Source: Candidatus Woesearchaeota archaeon (GTDB lineage: Archaea; Nanobdellota; Nanobdellia; Woesearchaeales; GW2011-AR9). From it: a DNA stretch of 51,423 nucleotides. Below are positions 35,182 to 43,793 of the stretch, piece by piece; positions within the stretch are counted from its first letter, which is position 1; every line of letters begins with the position of its first letter. Under the pieces are notes generated by a model that saw only the letters and a program-made list of their open reading frames with translations, was not told the origin of the DNA and searched no databases. Made by a program: the position numbers and the translations under genes. The stretch is taken from NCBI GenBank assembly GCA_018303285.1, contig JAGVYL010000019.1:1-51423 (forward strand), written 5' to 3'.

Positions 35182-35841
35182 ATGGCAAAAAAAACCTCTG
35201 AGCTTAGAGCAGAAGAAGTGCTTAAACTGAGTAATCTAATCGGCAAGTCTAATACAAAATTAGATCGGATTATTGATTCTTACCAAACAGAAATCAAAGA
35301 AAGATTTGGTTCCGTAGACAAGTTTAAAGAGTTTATTCGACGTTATCCAAAATGGCATAAAGACATCACTCAATTTTTAAGAGTTTTGAAGCTAAGACTC
35401 CAAGCCAAAAAACAATCCGCGAAAACAAGTAACGCACACATAGAGAATCTTTCGATTGAACGCACCATTGGTGTAGTAGACTATCTACTTAAGGAATTTG
35501 AAGAGCATCGGTATAATAGGCTAAAAGACGCATTCGACAACATCCTCATTGAACTTAGACCTATTGTTCGGGGAACTGTAGAAGAAGAATCAGAAGACTA
35601 TTCACAAGATGGTGAAAGAACGAAATTAGAACAACGAAAGGAAAATCTGAAAGGTCAGATACGAGTAGCTAAAAATGGAATTAATGCAATAAAAATGGGA
35701 AAAACGAAGTATTCCTTAAAAGAGTGTTCCGCAATAGAAGAAATAATAAAAAAGCAAGAAGATGAGATAAGAAGTATAAATCTTAGGTTAGGATTACATA
35801 AGGAGAACGGCATAATAATCTCTGGATCTGCTGAAGTATAA
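35182..35841 (+). CDS. 219-aa helical protein; N-terminal ~65 aa homologous to 36733-37122
   Basis: Ungapped match by eye: SYQTEIKERFGSVDKFKEFIRRYPKWHKDITQFLRVL against AFETEIHSAGYTPEKYAKLVIEYKTWLNEVESWFKAL. Confidence 0.7.
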   Translation: MAKKTSELRAEEVLKLSNLIGKSNTKLDRIIDSYQTEIKERFGSVDKFKEFIRRYPKWHKDITQFLRVLKLRLQAKKQSAKTSNAHIENLSIERTIGVVDYLLKEFEEHRYNRLKDAFDNILIELRPIVRGTVEEESEDYSQDGERTKLEQRKENLKGQIRVAKNGINAIKMGKTKYSLKECSAIEEIIKKQEDEIRSINLRLGLHKENGIIISGSAEV

Positions 35842-36040
35842 AAGACATCCTCTCCTCGAGATGAAGAAGCTCTTTATCAAGAAGCTGTAGCCATTGCTCG
35901 GCGTAGAAAATCTACTTCCGCTAATGGCTTCAACGTGATCTTAAAAAAATTATTGACAAAATAGTTTTATTGCATAAATAAACACAAATTATCTAAGTCT
36001 TAACGGAAAAGCTTAAAAACGTAGATTTATTCCTTTAGAT

Positions 36041-36736
36041 ATGGCCGATGAAGCTAAACCCGCTGCTAAAAAGAGTACTAATTGGGGGGTATTCTTCCTT
36101 AAGGTATTCTTAATCCTTCTCTTGATATATTTGATTCTCGTTCCCGGAGTAAACATTCTTTACAACTGGGGAGACACTGGAGGATTCCATCTTAGAGCAA
36201 AAGATTTCTCTCCCCTTACTACTTGGAAAAACATTCAATTGTCTATTAAATCCGTAGGAAACGAGATAGATTCTGTTTCCGAAGATGATGCAGAAACTAT
36301 TCCAGAAGAAGATACTATTAAAGAAGGAACAGAGGACGAGTCCGCAGCTCCTCCTACAGATGAATCTGAAACATCACCAATTGAAGAAACAACTTCTGAT
36401 TCCCTCACCTCTGCAAAAGATTATAAAAAGTGCGATAAAGATGAAGATTGCAAAGATGAAAATAAATTCTATTGCGAAAACAAACAATGTAAATCATATT
36501 GTGGCGAGGCGGCAAGCTGTTCGAAAGGGGAGAAATGCGATGACGATACTAATCGATGTGTTTCTACCAGTTGGATATCGGGGAATTGGTGGTGGATATT
36601 AGTTGGAATAGTTATAATCCTCGGAGGCATATTTGGTCTTAAAAAATGGCGAACTGGCCGCTCCGGAGGAGGAACTCCCTCTTCTCCTCCATCAGGTGCT
36701 CCTGCAGCCAGCAGTGCAGTCAGTGGAACACCATGA
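36041..36736 (+). CDS. bitopic membrane protein with an acidic linker and a Cys-rich module
   Basis: N-terminal TM (WGVFFLKVFLILLLIYLILV), an acidic stretch, eight Cys in KKCDKDEDCKDENKFYCENKQCKSYCGEAASCSKGEKCDDDTNRC, a second TM (WWWILVGIVIILGGIFGL), and a Ser/Pro/Gly tail. Confidence 0.7.
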   Translation: MADEAKPAAKKSTNWGVFFLKVFLILLLIYLILVPGVNILYNWGDTGGFHLRAKDFSPLTTWKNIQLSIKSVGNEIDSVSEDDAETIPEEDTIKEGTEDESAAPPTDESETSPIEETTSDSLTSAKDYKKCDKDEDCKDENKFYCENKQCKSYCGEAASCSKGEKCDDDTNRCVSTSWISGNWWWILVGIVIILGGIFGLKKWRTGRSGGGTPSSPPSGAPAASSAVSGTP

Positions 36737-37122
36737 AAACTGAAGAACTAAAACAGGGAAAGAAAAACCTAGCTATTACCCGGCTGGCCCACCTCTCTCC
36801 AAAAAAAATTTCAGAATTATGCCGCGCATTTGAAACTGAAATTCATTCTGCAGGATACACTCCGGAAAAATACGCCAAACTGGTGATAGAATACAAAACC
36901 TGGTTGAACGAAGTAGAATCGTGGTTTAAGGCGCTGGAAAAAGATTTTTCTGCTAACAAAAAGATTCAAGACATAATACTAGTTTTAAGAGAAGAGATTG
37001 AAGATAAAAATGCTTCGCTTCACAAAATTTATGCAGATTACGCTATCTTAGGAAAATTAGTAGAAGATGCTAAAAAAGCTTCTCTTCCCGCTTCCTTACC
37101 AAAAAATGAAAGAACTGCTTAA
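36733..37122 (+). CDS. 129-aa helical protein, paralog of the 35182 N-terminal domain
   Basis: The ATG overlaps the upstream stop (ATGA). The longer ORF-track start at 36646 lies inside the upstream gene. Confidence 0.65.
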   Translation: MKTEELKQGKKNLAITRLAHLSPKKISELCRAFETEIHSAGYTPEKYAKLVIEYKTWLNEVESWFKALEKDFSANKKIQDIILVLREEIEDKNASLHKIYADYAILGKLVEDAKKASLPASLPKNERTA

Positions 37123-37414
37123 AATAATTACGGGGATATTTGCAGAAGAAGACGCAGAGAAGAAGAAACAACTTATAATCTATCTTCAGCAGCTTCTTCT
37201 GGGAAAAATTTCTTCTATAAAAAAGGAAAAAGAAAGAAAAAGATATCTCGCATTATTAGACTTACTGAAAGAGGGGAAAATCAAACAGATGCAGGAGAAA
37301 ATCCATTCATACTTGAAAAAAGATAAATCCCGGTTTCCTTGGTGGATATTCCTTATTATCCTGTTACTTCTCTTGATTACAGGATTTTTTCTCTTTAAAT
37401 TAAAGATCTTCTAA
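37106..37414 (+). CDS. small tail-anchored protein (helical N-terminus, C-terminal TM)
   Basis: C-terminal FPWWIFLIILLLLLITGFFLF. Alternative ATG at 37067. Confidence 0.55.
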   Translation: MKELLKIITGIFAEEDAEKKKQLIIYLQQLLLGKISSIKKEKERKRYLALLDLLKEGKIKQMQEKIHSYLKKDKSRFPWWIFLIILLLLLITGFFLFKLKIF

Positions 37415-37957
37415 GTAGTCCAAAAACTTCTGGTATTTTCCCAGCTCTACTTCGAAACCACCAATAAACTCTATAGTTTTATTTACTTCACCCAATATCG
37501 CATCGACATGCTGTCGAGCTCTGATTAGGGAGGAACTTTTTACTCTGGCATCTTTTGCTTCCGCTGCCTGGTCTACTTCTTTTTCCAAATCATCTAACCC
37601 TTGCTTTAACGCACCAGTATAACGTGATGCTTTTTGTATAAAAAAGTTCAAAGCTATCTCTATCAGTTTATCCATATCAGCTAACTGTGCTTTAAGCTTT
37701 TGCGGGAGATATCCCATCAACTCAGCGATATCTTTTTTAAGATCAACTTTGCTCAGGTATCTCTCAGTTCTCCCTAAGCTTCCCCGTACAATACTAATTG
37801 CCTCTCTTACGTCTTTTTCGCTCCGTTTAGGATTAGTTCCTAAATCAGATTTTAAAAGGATTAATTCATCATGTAATTTTTGCAGATATTTATACTCAGC
37901 CGCTGCCTGCCCAATCTCTTGTATCGCATCTTTCTTTAAATCTTTAATTTCTTTCAT
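37400..37957 (-). CDS. 185-aa helical protein, convergent with the operon
   Basis: ATG-initiated ORF with helical composition. Its 3' end overlaps the 37106 gene by 15 nt. Confidence 0.65.
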   Translation of the reverse strand: MKEIKDLKKDAIQEIGQAAAEYKYLQKLHDELILLKSDLGTNPKRSEKDVREAISIVRGSLGRTERYLSKVDLKKDIAELMGYLPQKLKAQLADMDKLIEIALNFFIQKASRYTGALKQGLDDLEKEVDQAAEAKDARVKSSSLIRARQHVDAILGEVNKTIEFIGGFEVELGKYQKFLDYLEDL

Positions 37958-38156
37958 TTAGCCCACCTCGTTTAATTAATCATCAGTTAAACGATAAAAT
38001 AAGTCGGATTATATAAAATTAACCCTTCGTTAACATTTATATATCATAAACGCCCATAAAATATTAAAAAATACTTTATTTGACCATGGACATCACTTTT
38101 TTCGATTACTATTTATTAGTAGAAAAACTTATAAATAAACAAATTTTCTTATTGAT

Positions 38157-38600
38157 ATGGATTTCCCCATTTTAGAAGAAATCGCTAAAGCGGGTCATTC
38201 TTATGCCCCCCCAATGGGCTACGGCTTAGTTAGCGGAGGAGCTGCGTATATAGCACTTTCTATCGCTCGAGGTCTTCGCCGGGGAACTAATCTTGTTCGA
38301 CAGTTGCATTCTCAACCAAATATCGCTGTTGGCTTAGGTACAGGAGCAGTTACTGCCATTATCTTAGAAAATACTCAACCAGCGTTAGGAGGAACTTTAG
38401 ATCACATTGCCCTGTATACAGGTATGGCCGTAGGAGGTGGCTTGGTCGGTGGTGCTCTCAATCCAGTTTATAATGCTCTTAGAACCGAAGATGGAATAAC
38501 TGATGATTTCCGCCAGCACTTTAAGCGGGGCGCTCTCAGAGGAGCATTGGCTCTTCCTGCTTGTTTTGGAGTTTTAGATGTTTTATCTCATTATTTCTGA
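38157..38600 (+). CDS. Gly-rich small membrane protein
   Basis: GxxxG-rich hydrophobic stretches (GLVSGGAAYIALSIA, VGLGTGAVTAIIL, GMAVGGGLVGGAL). Confidence 0.6.
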   Translation: MDFPILEEIAKAGHSYAPPMGYGLVSGGAAYIALSIARGLRRGTNLVRQLHSQPNIAVGLGTGAVTAIILENTQPALGGTLDHIALYTGMAVGGGLVGGALNPVYNALRTEDGITDDFRQHFKRGALRGALALPACFGVLDVLSHYF

Positions 38601-38653
38601 TACCTCATCAAAAATCCACAAAAGTTTATATATTACCCTCATTTTGAACTTAA

Positions 38654-38729
38654 AAGCCCGTATTAGAGTTACCTAATCGAGCTGTCGGATGTAATCCAAG
38701 CTATGAATTTGGGGGTTACATACGGGCTT
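38654..38729 (+). ncRNA. candidate 76-nt structured RNA closed by a perfect 10-bp stem
   Basis: aagcccgtat (38654-38663) pairs with atacgggctt (38720-38729). Inner hairpin agct-ggat-gta-atcc-agct. A TATA-like tttatatat is centred about 25 nt upstream (38624-38632). Confidence 0.35.
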
Positions 38730-38918
38730 CAACTTCAGAAAAACATAACATTCATCAAAATCACCGATTAAATTAAAATTGAATTAAATAGTGAGAGTTA
38801 ATGTATGTTTTTCTAGAGGTTAATAAAAAACGGTAATACACAAAATAATCGAAATAATACGCACTATAAAAAAATTAAAAAAAACAATCAAAATGAATAT
38901 TAATGGAGGTTGGTTAAA

Positions 38919-40259
38919 ATGGCAAAGATTAGCCCTGTGGCGGCTAAGTATATTGTTCATGCTACTATCAATATCGAAGGTGTGGTCGACAAGCCCGATG
39001 TCATCGGAGCAATTTTCGGCCAGACTGAAGGTCTGTTAGGAGCAGATTTAGAATTAAGAGAATTACAGCGTTCCGGCCGAATCGGCCGCATCGAAGTTGA
39101 CACTAATACCATGGGTGGTAAGACCATGGGAGAAATTATTATTCCGTCTTCTTTAGATAGAACTGAAACCGCTATTGTGGCTGCTTCTTTAGAGATTATT
39201 CAAAGAATCGGTCCGTGCAATGCTAAAGTAGAGGTTACTCGGATGGAAGACATCCGAATAAGCAAACGCACCCAAGTGATTGAACGTGCTAAAGCCCTTC
39301 TACGAGGCTTGATGGATAGCGCCTTGCCCGATTCTCAGGAATTGGCTGATGAAGTTTCTCAGTCCGTAAGGGTAATGGAAATTATGGAATTTGGCCGAGA
39401 GCGGTTGCCTGCCGGTCCTGCAGTTGAAGAATCTGATGAAGTGATTGTAGTAGAAGGCCGAGCCGATGTTCTTAACCTGCTTAAGCATGGTATTAAGAAC
39501 GCTATTGCTATCAACGGCACTTCTGTCCCCCAAACAATTAAGGATCTTAGCAAAAGAAAGACCTTAGTTGTTTTTGTTGATGGAGACCGAGGAGGAGATC
39601 TTATCATCAGAGAACTATTGGCCGTAGCCGATATTGATTTTGTCTGTAAAGCAGCTAATGGCACCGAGGTCGAAGAGATTACCAAGAAAGAGATCCACAA
39701 AGCTTTGCGCGGCAGAATCACTGCAGAGCAAGCAAAACTGGAACTGAATATCACTACCACAGATGAATCGCCTAGAATTAATGGTGAAGAGAGAAAGGTT
39801 TTCTCTTCTCCTGCTGCCCAGCCGTTTACCAAAAAGCCAGGGTTTACTATAGGTGGATTCACTCGCCAGGCCATGCCCACTATGCATAGCACTATTCAGA
39901 ACAGCCCGGCTGCTGCTTCCGTAACCACCGCACCAGTTGCTTCTGCTAAAAAAGAGCCATTGCAGCTTAAAGACAAAGCCAAATTAAAATCCACCTTGGA
40001 CAATTTATTTGGTACTCGTGGTGCCTGCTTATTGGACGACAAACTTAATGTCTTAGGCAAAGTGCCGCGCATGGAATTAGCTACCACTATCAAAACATTA
40101 GGCAACGTCAGTGGTATCGTTATTGACGGCACAGTGGATAAGGAATTGATCAAGATAGCAGAAACTTCCAATGTTTCTTATGTGGTCGGCTCAGATGTCC
40201 GCTCCAGAGAATCAACAAAAGTTACTATCTTGTCTGATGAGGATTTAGCCACAATTTAA
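38919..40259 (+). CDS. dnaG: archaeal DnaG primase (Toprim domain)
   Basis: KYIVHA.I...GVVDKPDVIGAIFGQTEGLLG..L.LRELQRSGRIGRIEV and the Toprim VVEGRADVLNLLKHGI...VDGDRGGDLI. The ATG at 38919 lies 9 nt after SD GGAGG; the ORF-track TTG at 38910 abuts the SD. Confidence 0.9.
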   Translation: MAKISPVAAKYIVHATINIEGVVDKPDVIGAIFGQTEGLLGADLELRELQRSGRIGRIEVDTNTMGGKTMGEIIIPSSLDRTETAIVAASLEIIQRIGPCNAKVEVTRMEDIRISKRTQVIERAKALLRGLMDSALPDSQELADEVSQSVRVMEIMEFGRERLPAGPAVEESDEVIVVEGRADVLNLLKHGIKNAIAINGTSVPQTIKDLSKRKTLVVFVDGDRGGDLIIRELLAVADIDFVCKAANGTEVEEITKKEIHKALRGRITAEQAKLELNITTTDESPRINGEERKVFSSPAAQPFTKKPGFTIGGFTRQAMPTMHSTIQNSPAAASVTTAPVASAKKEPLQLKDKAKLKSTLDNLFGTRGACLLDDKLNVLGKVPRMELATTIKTLGNVSGIVIDGTVDKELIKIAETSNVSYVVGSDVRSRESTKVTILSDEDLATI

Positions 40260-40307
40260 GTTAGTGGCTAAACAATCTTTATAAATAAACTATGGTTCAG
40301 AACTAAA

Positions 40308-40577
40308 ATGCCAGAAGGAAAACATAAATCCGGAACATATCGTAAAGCTTTTGTCAAGACACCGGGAGGAAAAACTGCAATGCACTACCGCCGGAAAAAA
40401 CCGGCCAAAGCCCATTGTGCTTCCTGTGGAAAAGTTTTATCTGGTGTACCTCATGGCTTGTCTTATCAGATTCGTGCTTTGCCTAGAACTCAGCGCCGGC
40501 CGGAGCGGCCTTACGGAGGCGTGCTTTGCAGCCCCTGTATGAGAGCTAAATTTGTGGAGAAGATTCAAAATGCTTGA
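40308..40577 (+). CDS. rpl34e: 50S ribosomal protein L34e
   Basis: TPGGK...HY.RKKP..A.CA.CGK.L.GVP matches the family. Confidence 0.9.
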   Translation: MPEGKHKSGTYRKAFVKTPGGKTAMHYRRKKPAKAHCASCGKVLSGVPHGLSYQIRALPRTQRRPERPYGGVLCSPCMRAKFVEKIQNA

Positions 40578-40866
40578 AATTGGACGATTATGCGTAAAGA
40601 TCGCTGGCCGAGATGCTGGCAAAGAATGTGTCATTCTTGATCTCCAAGATAACAAGTTTGCTTTGGTAGATGGAGCAACTCGCAGAAAGAAAGTCAATCT
40701 TGCTCACTTAGAACCGTTAGACCGAGTGATTGAAATAGAAAAGAACGCTTCTCATGCCAAAGTGGCCGCCGCCTTTGAAGAACTCGGCTTGCCGGTTTGG
40801 AACACTACGCCAAAGCCCAAGACTAAAAGAACGGCTAAGAAAAGGAAAGCGGCAAATAAAAAGTAA
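40570..40866 (+). CDS. rpl14e: 50S ribosomal protein L14e
   Basis: MLEIGRLCVKIAGRDAGKECVILD......LVDG...RRKKVNL.HLEP (KOW-type) matches the family. The ATG at 40570 overlaps the rpl34e end by 8 nt. Confidence 0.85.
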   Translation: MLEIGRLCVKIAGRDAGKECVILDLQDNKFALVDGATRRKKVNLAHLEPLDRVIEIEKNASHAKVAAAFEELGLPVWNTTPKPKTKRTAKKRKAANKK

Positions 40867-40897
40867 GTATATTTTCTTCTTAATTTTATCAGTATTC

Positions 40898-40906
40898 TTT
40901 TAAATA
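40898..40906 (+). promoter_or_regulatory. TATA box for tRNA-Ala
   Basis: ttttaaata is centred 26 nt upstream of tRNA position 1. Confidence 0.55.
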
Positions 40907-40927
40907 ACAAGAAAAATAAATCCTTAC

Positions 40928-41001
40928 GGGCCAGTCATCCAATCCGGCTAAGATGCCGCCTTCGCAAGGCGGAAATTCGGGTTCAAATCCCGACTGGTCC
41001 A
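40928..41001 (+). tRNA. tRNA-Ala(CGC), no intron
   Basis: Acceptor gggccag/ctggtcc with the G3-U70 identity pair, anticodon stem ccgcc/ggcgg with loop uuCGCaa, T arm tcggg-ttcaaat-cccga. The D stem has one mismatch. Confidence 0.85.
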
Positions 41002-41054
41002 TCAGGCATATACACACTAAAAACTTTATCATCTCTCTTCTCCACTAAACAAAA

Positions 41055-41064
41055 CTATTTAAAC
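41055..41064 (+). promoter_or_regulatory. TATA box for prs (leaderless spacing)
   Basis: ctatttaaac is centred about 25 nt upstream of the ATG at 41085. Confidence 0.45.
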
Positions 41065-41084
41065 GGCCGAAGAAACATCCACTC

Positions 41085-42296
41085 ATGAGCTTCTCGGCCG
41101 TCGAAAGGTTGAACCGCCACCATAAGCTTTCTCGTCTTTCTGATGTTGTTCTTCTTAGCAGCCGCTCGGCCGAGCCTCATCAAAAACAACTGGAAGGGAT
41201 GATCCAAAAGAGAGTATACAAAGAATTTCCTGAACCTAGTTCTGAGGAAGAAGAAATTTTAGCAGGTATCGCAGAAAAAAATCTGCACTTCTGCAGCCGC
41301 ACCATTAAACAGCACAACAATCAGGAATTCTTTACCCAGATCAACGAAAATGTCCGGGAAAAAGATGTTCATCTTTTTCATAAATTTCAAGACCCAAATG
41401 TAGATCTAGTAGAGCTATTAGTCATTGGAGATAATCTTAAACGGGCAGGAGTAAAATCAACCACCCTTTATGTTCCATTCCTTCCATACATGCGCCAGGA
41501 CAAAAAAGATGACGGCCGAGTCCCCATCACTGCCAGCGGCTTGTTTGATTGGCTCTTTGCCAGCATGGGTCAGCGCCTTAAAAGAATCGTCACTTTTGAT
41601 TTGCATGCCCAGCAGGAACAAGGTTATTTTGACGGTCCATTGGACGAGCTCAGCGCCATTCCTGAATTCGCTGCTTATTACCGAGAAAAATTAAAAGATT
41701 CGTTTAAAGGAGAAGAGAAACAAGTGATTGTTTTTGCTGCTGATGCGGGAGGAGCCAAAAAAGCGAAAAAATTGGCTCGTTTATTAGACACCCAATATCA
41801 AGTTTTTGACAAAGACCGATTAGCCCACGGCCGAGCAGAGACCAAACAACTTCTTGGTTTAGACCTTTCTGAAAAAAAGGCTATTATTGTCGAGGATATG
41901 ATTGATTCCGGCGGCTCTTTGGTGGGAGAATATGAAACCGGGAAAAATGGTCCGGTCCAGAATTTACAAGAACTAGGTGCCGAAGTTTACATCTGTGCCA
42001 CCCATGCCATCTTAAGCAGGAAAAACAGCATCTCTGCAGAAGAACGATTCCGCCGAGCCGGAGTTCCCGTCTTATTCACTGATTCCATTCCCGAACGGCA
42101 TGAAGGTTACTACCAAGAGAATAAAGATTGGATGAACATCTTTTCTTTAGATTACACTTTAGCCAAAGCTTTCTACTGCAACCAGGTAGGAGAATCTATC
42201 TCTGCCTTCCTTCGCAACCGGGAAGAACGGCTGAAAGTCAAAGATATGAATTTTATCCTACAGAACGGAGAGGGCGGCCAAGTGTATGTAGAATAA
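41085..42296 (+). CDS. prs: ribose-phosphate pyrophosphokinase (PRPP synthetase) family protein with an N-terminal extension
   Basis: YVPFLPYMRQDKK, FDLHAQQEQGYF and the PRPP-binding loop IVEDMIDSGGS match the family. About 70 extra N-terminal residues have no counterpart in the family as I recall it. Confidence 0.8.
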   Translation: MSFSAVERLNRHHKLSRLSDVVLLSSRSAEPHQKQLEGMIQKRVYKEFPEPSSEEEEILAGIAEKNLHFCSRTIKQHNNQEFFTQINENVREKDVHLFHKFQDPNVDLVELLVIGDNLKRAGVKSTTLYVPFLPYMRQDKKDDGRVPITASGLFDWLFASMGQRLKRIVTFDLHAQQEQGYFDGPLDELSAIPEFAAYYREKLKDSFKGEEKQVIVFAADAGGAKKAKKLARLLDTQYQVFDKDRLAHGRAETKQLLGLDLSEKKAIIVEDMIDSGGSLVGEYETGKNGPVQNLQELGAEVYICATHAILSRKNSISAEERFRRAGVPVLFTDSIPERHEGYYQENKDWMNIFSLDYTLAKAFYCNQVGESISAFLRNREERLKVKDMNFILQNGEGGQVYVE

Positions 42297-42360
42297 ACTT
42301 TGAAAAAACTCATTCTTAAATCCCATTAATTTAATAAACCCCAATAATTACCTTCTGATT

Positions 42361-42693
42361 ATGAATCTTATCACTAAGATTAACGTCAGTTTAGCTAGTA
42401 TAATAGTTATCTTGCTTGTAAATCTACTCCTCCCGTTAAACTCAATCGCAGGAAAAGTCGTATACGCTTTGGATAGTTCAGAACCTAGCTGCATGTTCAA
42501 TAATAAAAATATTTCTACTGAGATTCCACTGGATTACTGCTGTTCAGAAATCGAAAAACAGCTTGCTTGCAAAAAAGATAACTCTCAGTTCAGGTGTTAC
42601 ATCTCCGAAAGCTCCGGACAATATTATTTAGTCAACCGTCAGGCTTTCAACACCTGCAAAGAAGAGGGATACTATGCCAAAATCCAAGAATAA
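42361..42693 (+). CDS. small secreted/anchored Cys-rich protein
   Basis: N-terminal hydrophobic segment and seven Cys. The 3' end overlaps the next gene by 20 nt. Confidence 0.55.
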   Translation: MNLITKINVSLASIIVILLVNLLLPLNSIAGKVVYALDSSEPSCMFNNKNISTEIPLDYCCSEIEKQLACKKDNSQFRCYISESSGQYYLVNRQAFNTCKEEGYYAKIQE

Positions 42694-43783
42694 AATAAAT
42701 AAAAAAATATTTTTTCAGTTTTTACTACTAGGAATTTTGTCTCTTCTCGTGATAGTCTTAACACTGCTCAACCTTCAGAAGAGCATGCCTTTACAGATTG
42801 ATGCACCGAAAAATGTTGTTTATAACCAAACCACAAATACCCTTCAATTTGACTCTCTTACATTAAAACAAAAGATTGCCCAGATGGTTATTGTCTATGG
42901 CAATGAAGATAACAAAGAACTTCTTCAGAAAATGTTGATTGGCGGAGTGCATCTCGGAGCCAAACCATCAAAAGAAGCATTCCTTCAAAGCATTAAAACA
43001 TTTCAAAAAGAATCAATTCTTCCATTGTTTATCACTCTAGATTTGGAAGGTGGCTGCAAAAATCCCTTTGAAAACTTCCAAAGTTTTCCTTCTGCAAAGG
43101 AGATTAAGACCGCAGAAGAAGCTTATGCGGTTGGCTATGATGAAGGTCTACTCCTCACAGAGATGGGCTTCACCCTCAATTTTGCACCAGTCGTCGATTT
43201 AGAGGATAGCATCTGGAACTGTCGAAGTTTTTCTGGCACACCGCTAGAAGCTTCAGAAAAAACCGCTTCATATATTCTCGGTTTACAAAGCAGCGGGATA
43301 CTAGCCACTGCCAAACATTATCCCGGAAAGACACTCTCGTCAAGCGATCCTCACAAAACTTTAACCTATGCCGATATAACTCCCGATGACATAGCTATGT
43401 TTGAGAACAGTATCAAAAATAATGTTTCGGCTATCATGATCTCTCACATCATCGTCAAAGGTATCTTGAATTCAGAATCAAAGCCAGGAGTAGTCTCAGA
43501 TAAACTGATAACTGATTTAAAAAACCAATTTACTGGTTTGATTATCAGCGATGAAGTAATGATGTTAGGACTAAAAGAGTATTATTCAAATAAAGACCAG
43601 ATGTACATTGATCTTTTCAAAGCTGGAAATGACGTGGTGCTTAATTTCAACCAAGATCCGAAAGAGATTTACCATATGATTTCTGTAGTAGAAAAAGCCG
43701 TCAAAAAAGGAACTATTTCCGAAGATCTTATTGATGCCTCTGCAAAAAAAATTCTTCAGACTAAAGGAATAAATGTAGAATAA
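42674..43783 (+). CDS. glycoside hydrolase family 3 N-terminal-domain protein (NagZ-like), membrane anchored
   Basis: KIAQMVIV, LDLEGG, NFAPVVDL, KHYPG and ISDEVMM motifs, with an N-terminal TM anchor. Confidence 0.8.
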   Translation: MPKSKNKINKKIFFQFLLLGILSLLVIVLTLLNLQKSMPLQIDAPKNVVYNQTTNTLQFDSLTLKQKIAQMVIVYGNEDNKELLQKMLIGGVHLGAKPSKEAFLQSIKTFQKESILPLFITLDLEGGCKNPFENFQSFPSAKEIKTAEEAYAVGYDEGLLLTEMGFTLNFAPVVDLEDSIWNCRSFSGTPLEASEKTASYILGLQSSGILATAKHYPGKTLSSSDPHKTLTYADITPDDIAMFENSIKNNVSAIMISHIIVKGILNSESKPGVVSDKLITDLKNQFTGLIISDEVMMLGLKEYYSNKDQMYIDLFKAGNDVVLNFNQDPKEIYHMISVVEKAVKKGTISEDLIDASAKKILQTKGINVE

Positions 43784-43793
43784 TTCCTAACGA

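Noticed and set aside
36646-36732. Longer N-terminal start for the 36733 gene
   Set aside because: The extension lies entirely within the preceding gene in another frame. The ATG at 36733 forms an ATGA stop/start overlap like the other junctions in the operon.
38666-38678. Third, degenerate copy of the rpl35ae att-like repeat (agttacctaatcg vs agttatctaatcg), which would bracket the 31-38.6 kb locus
   Set aside because: Only 12 of 13 nt match and there is no similarity to the other 50 nt of the repeat. This is compatible with chance in 51 kb searched on both strands.
38654-38729. A fifth tRNA gene
   Set aside because: It has tRNA-like length and a closing stem, but no D or T arms (no GTTCRANYC-like loop) can be drawn on either strand.
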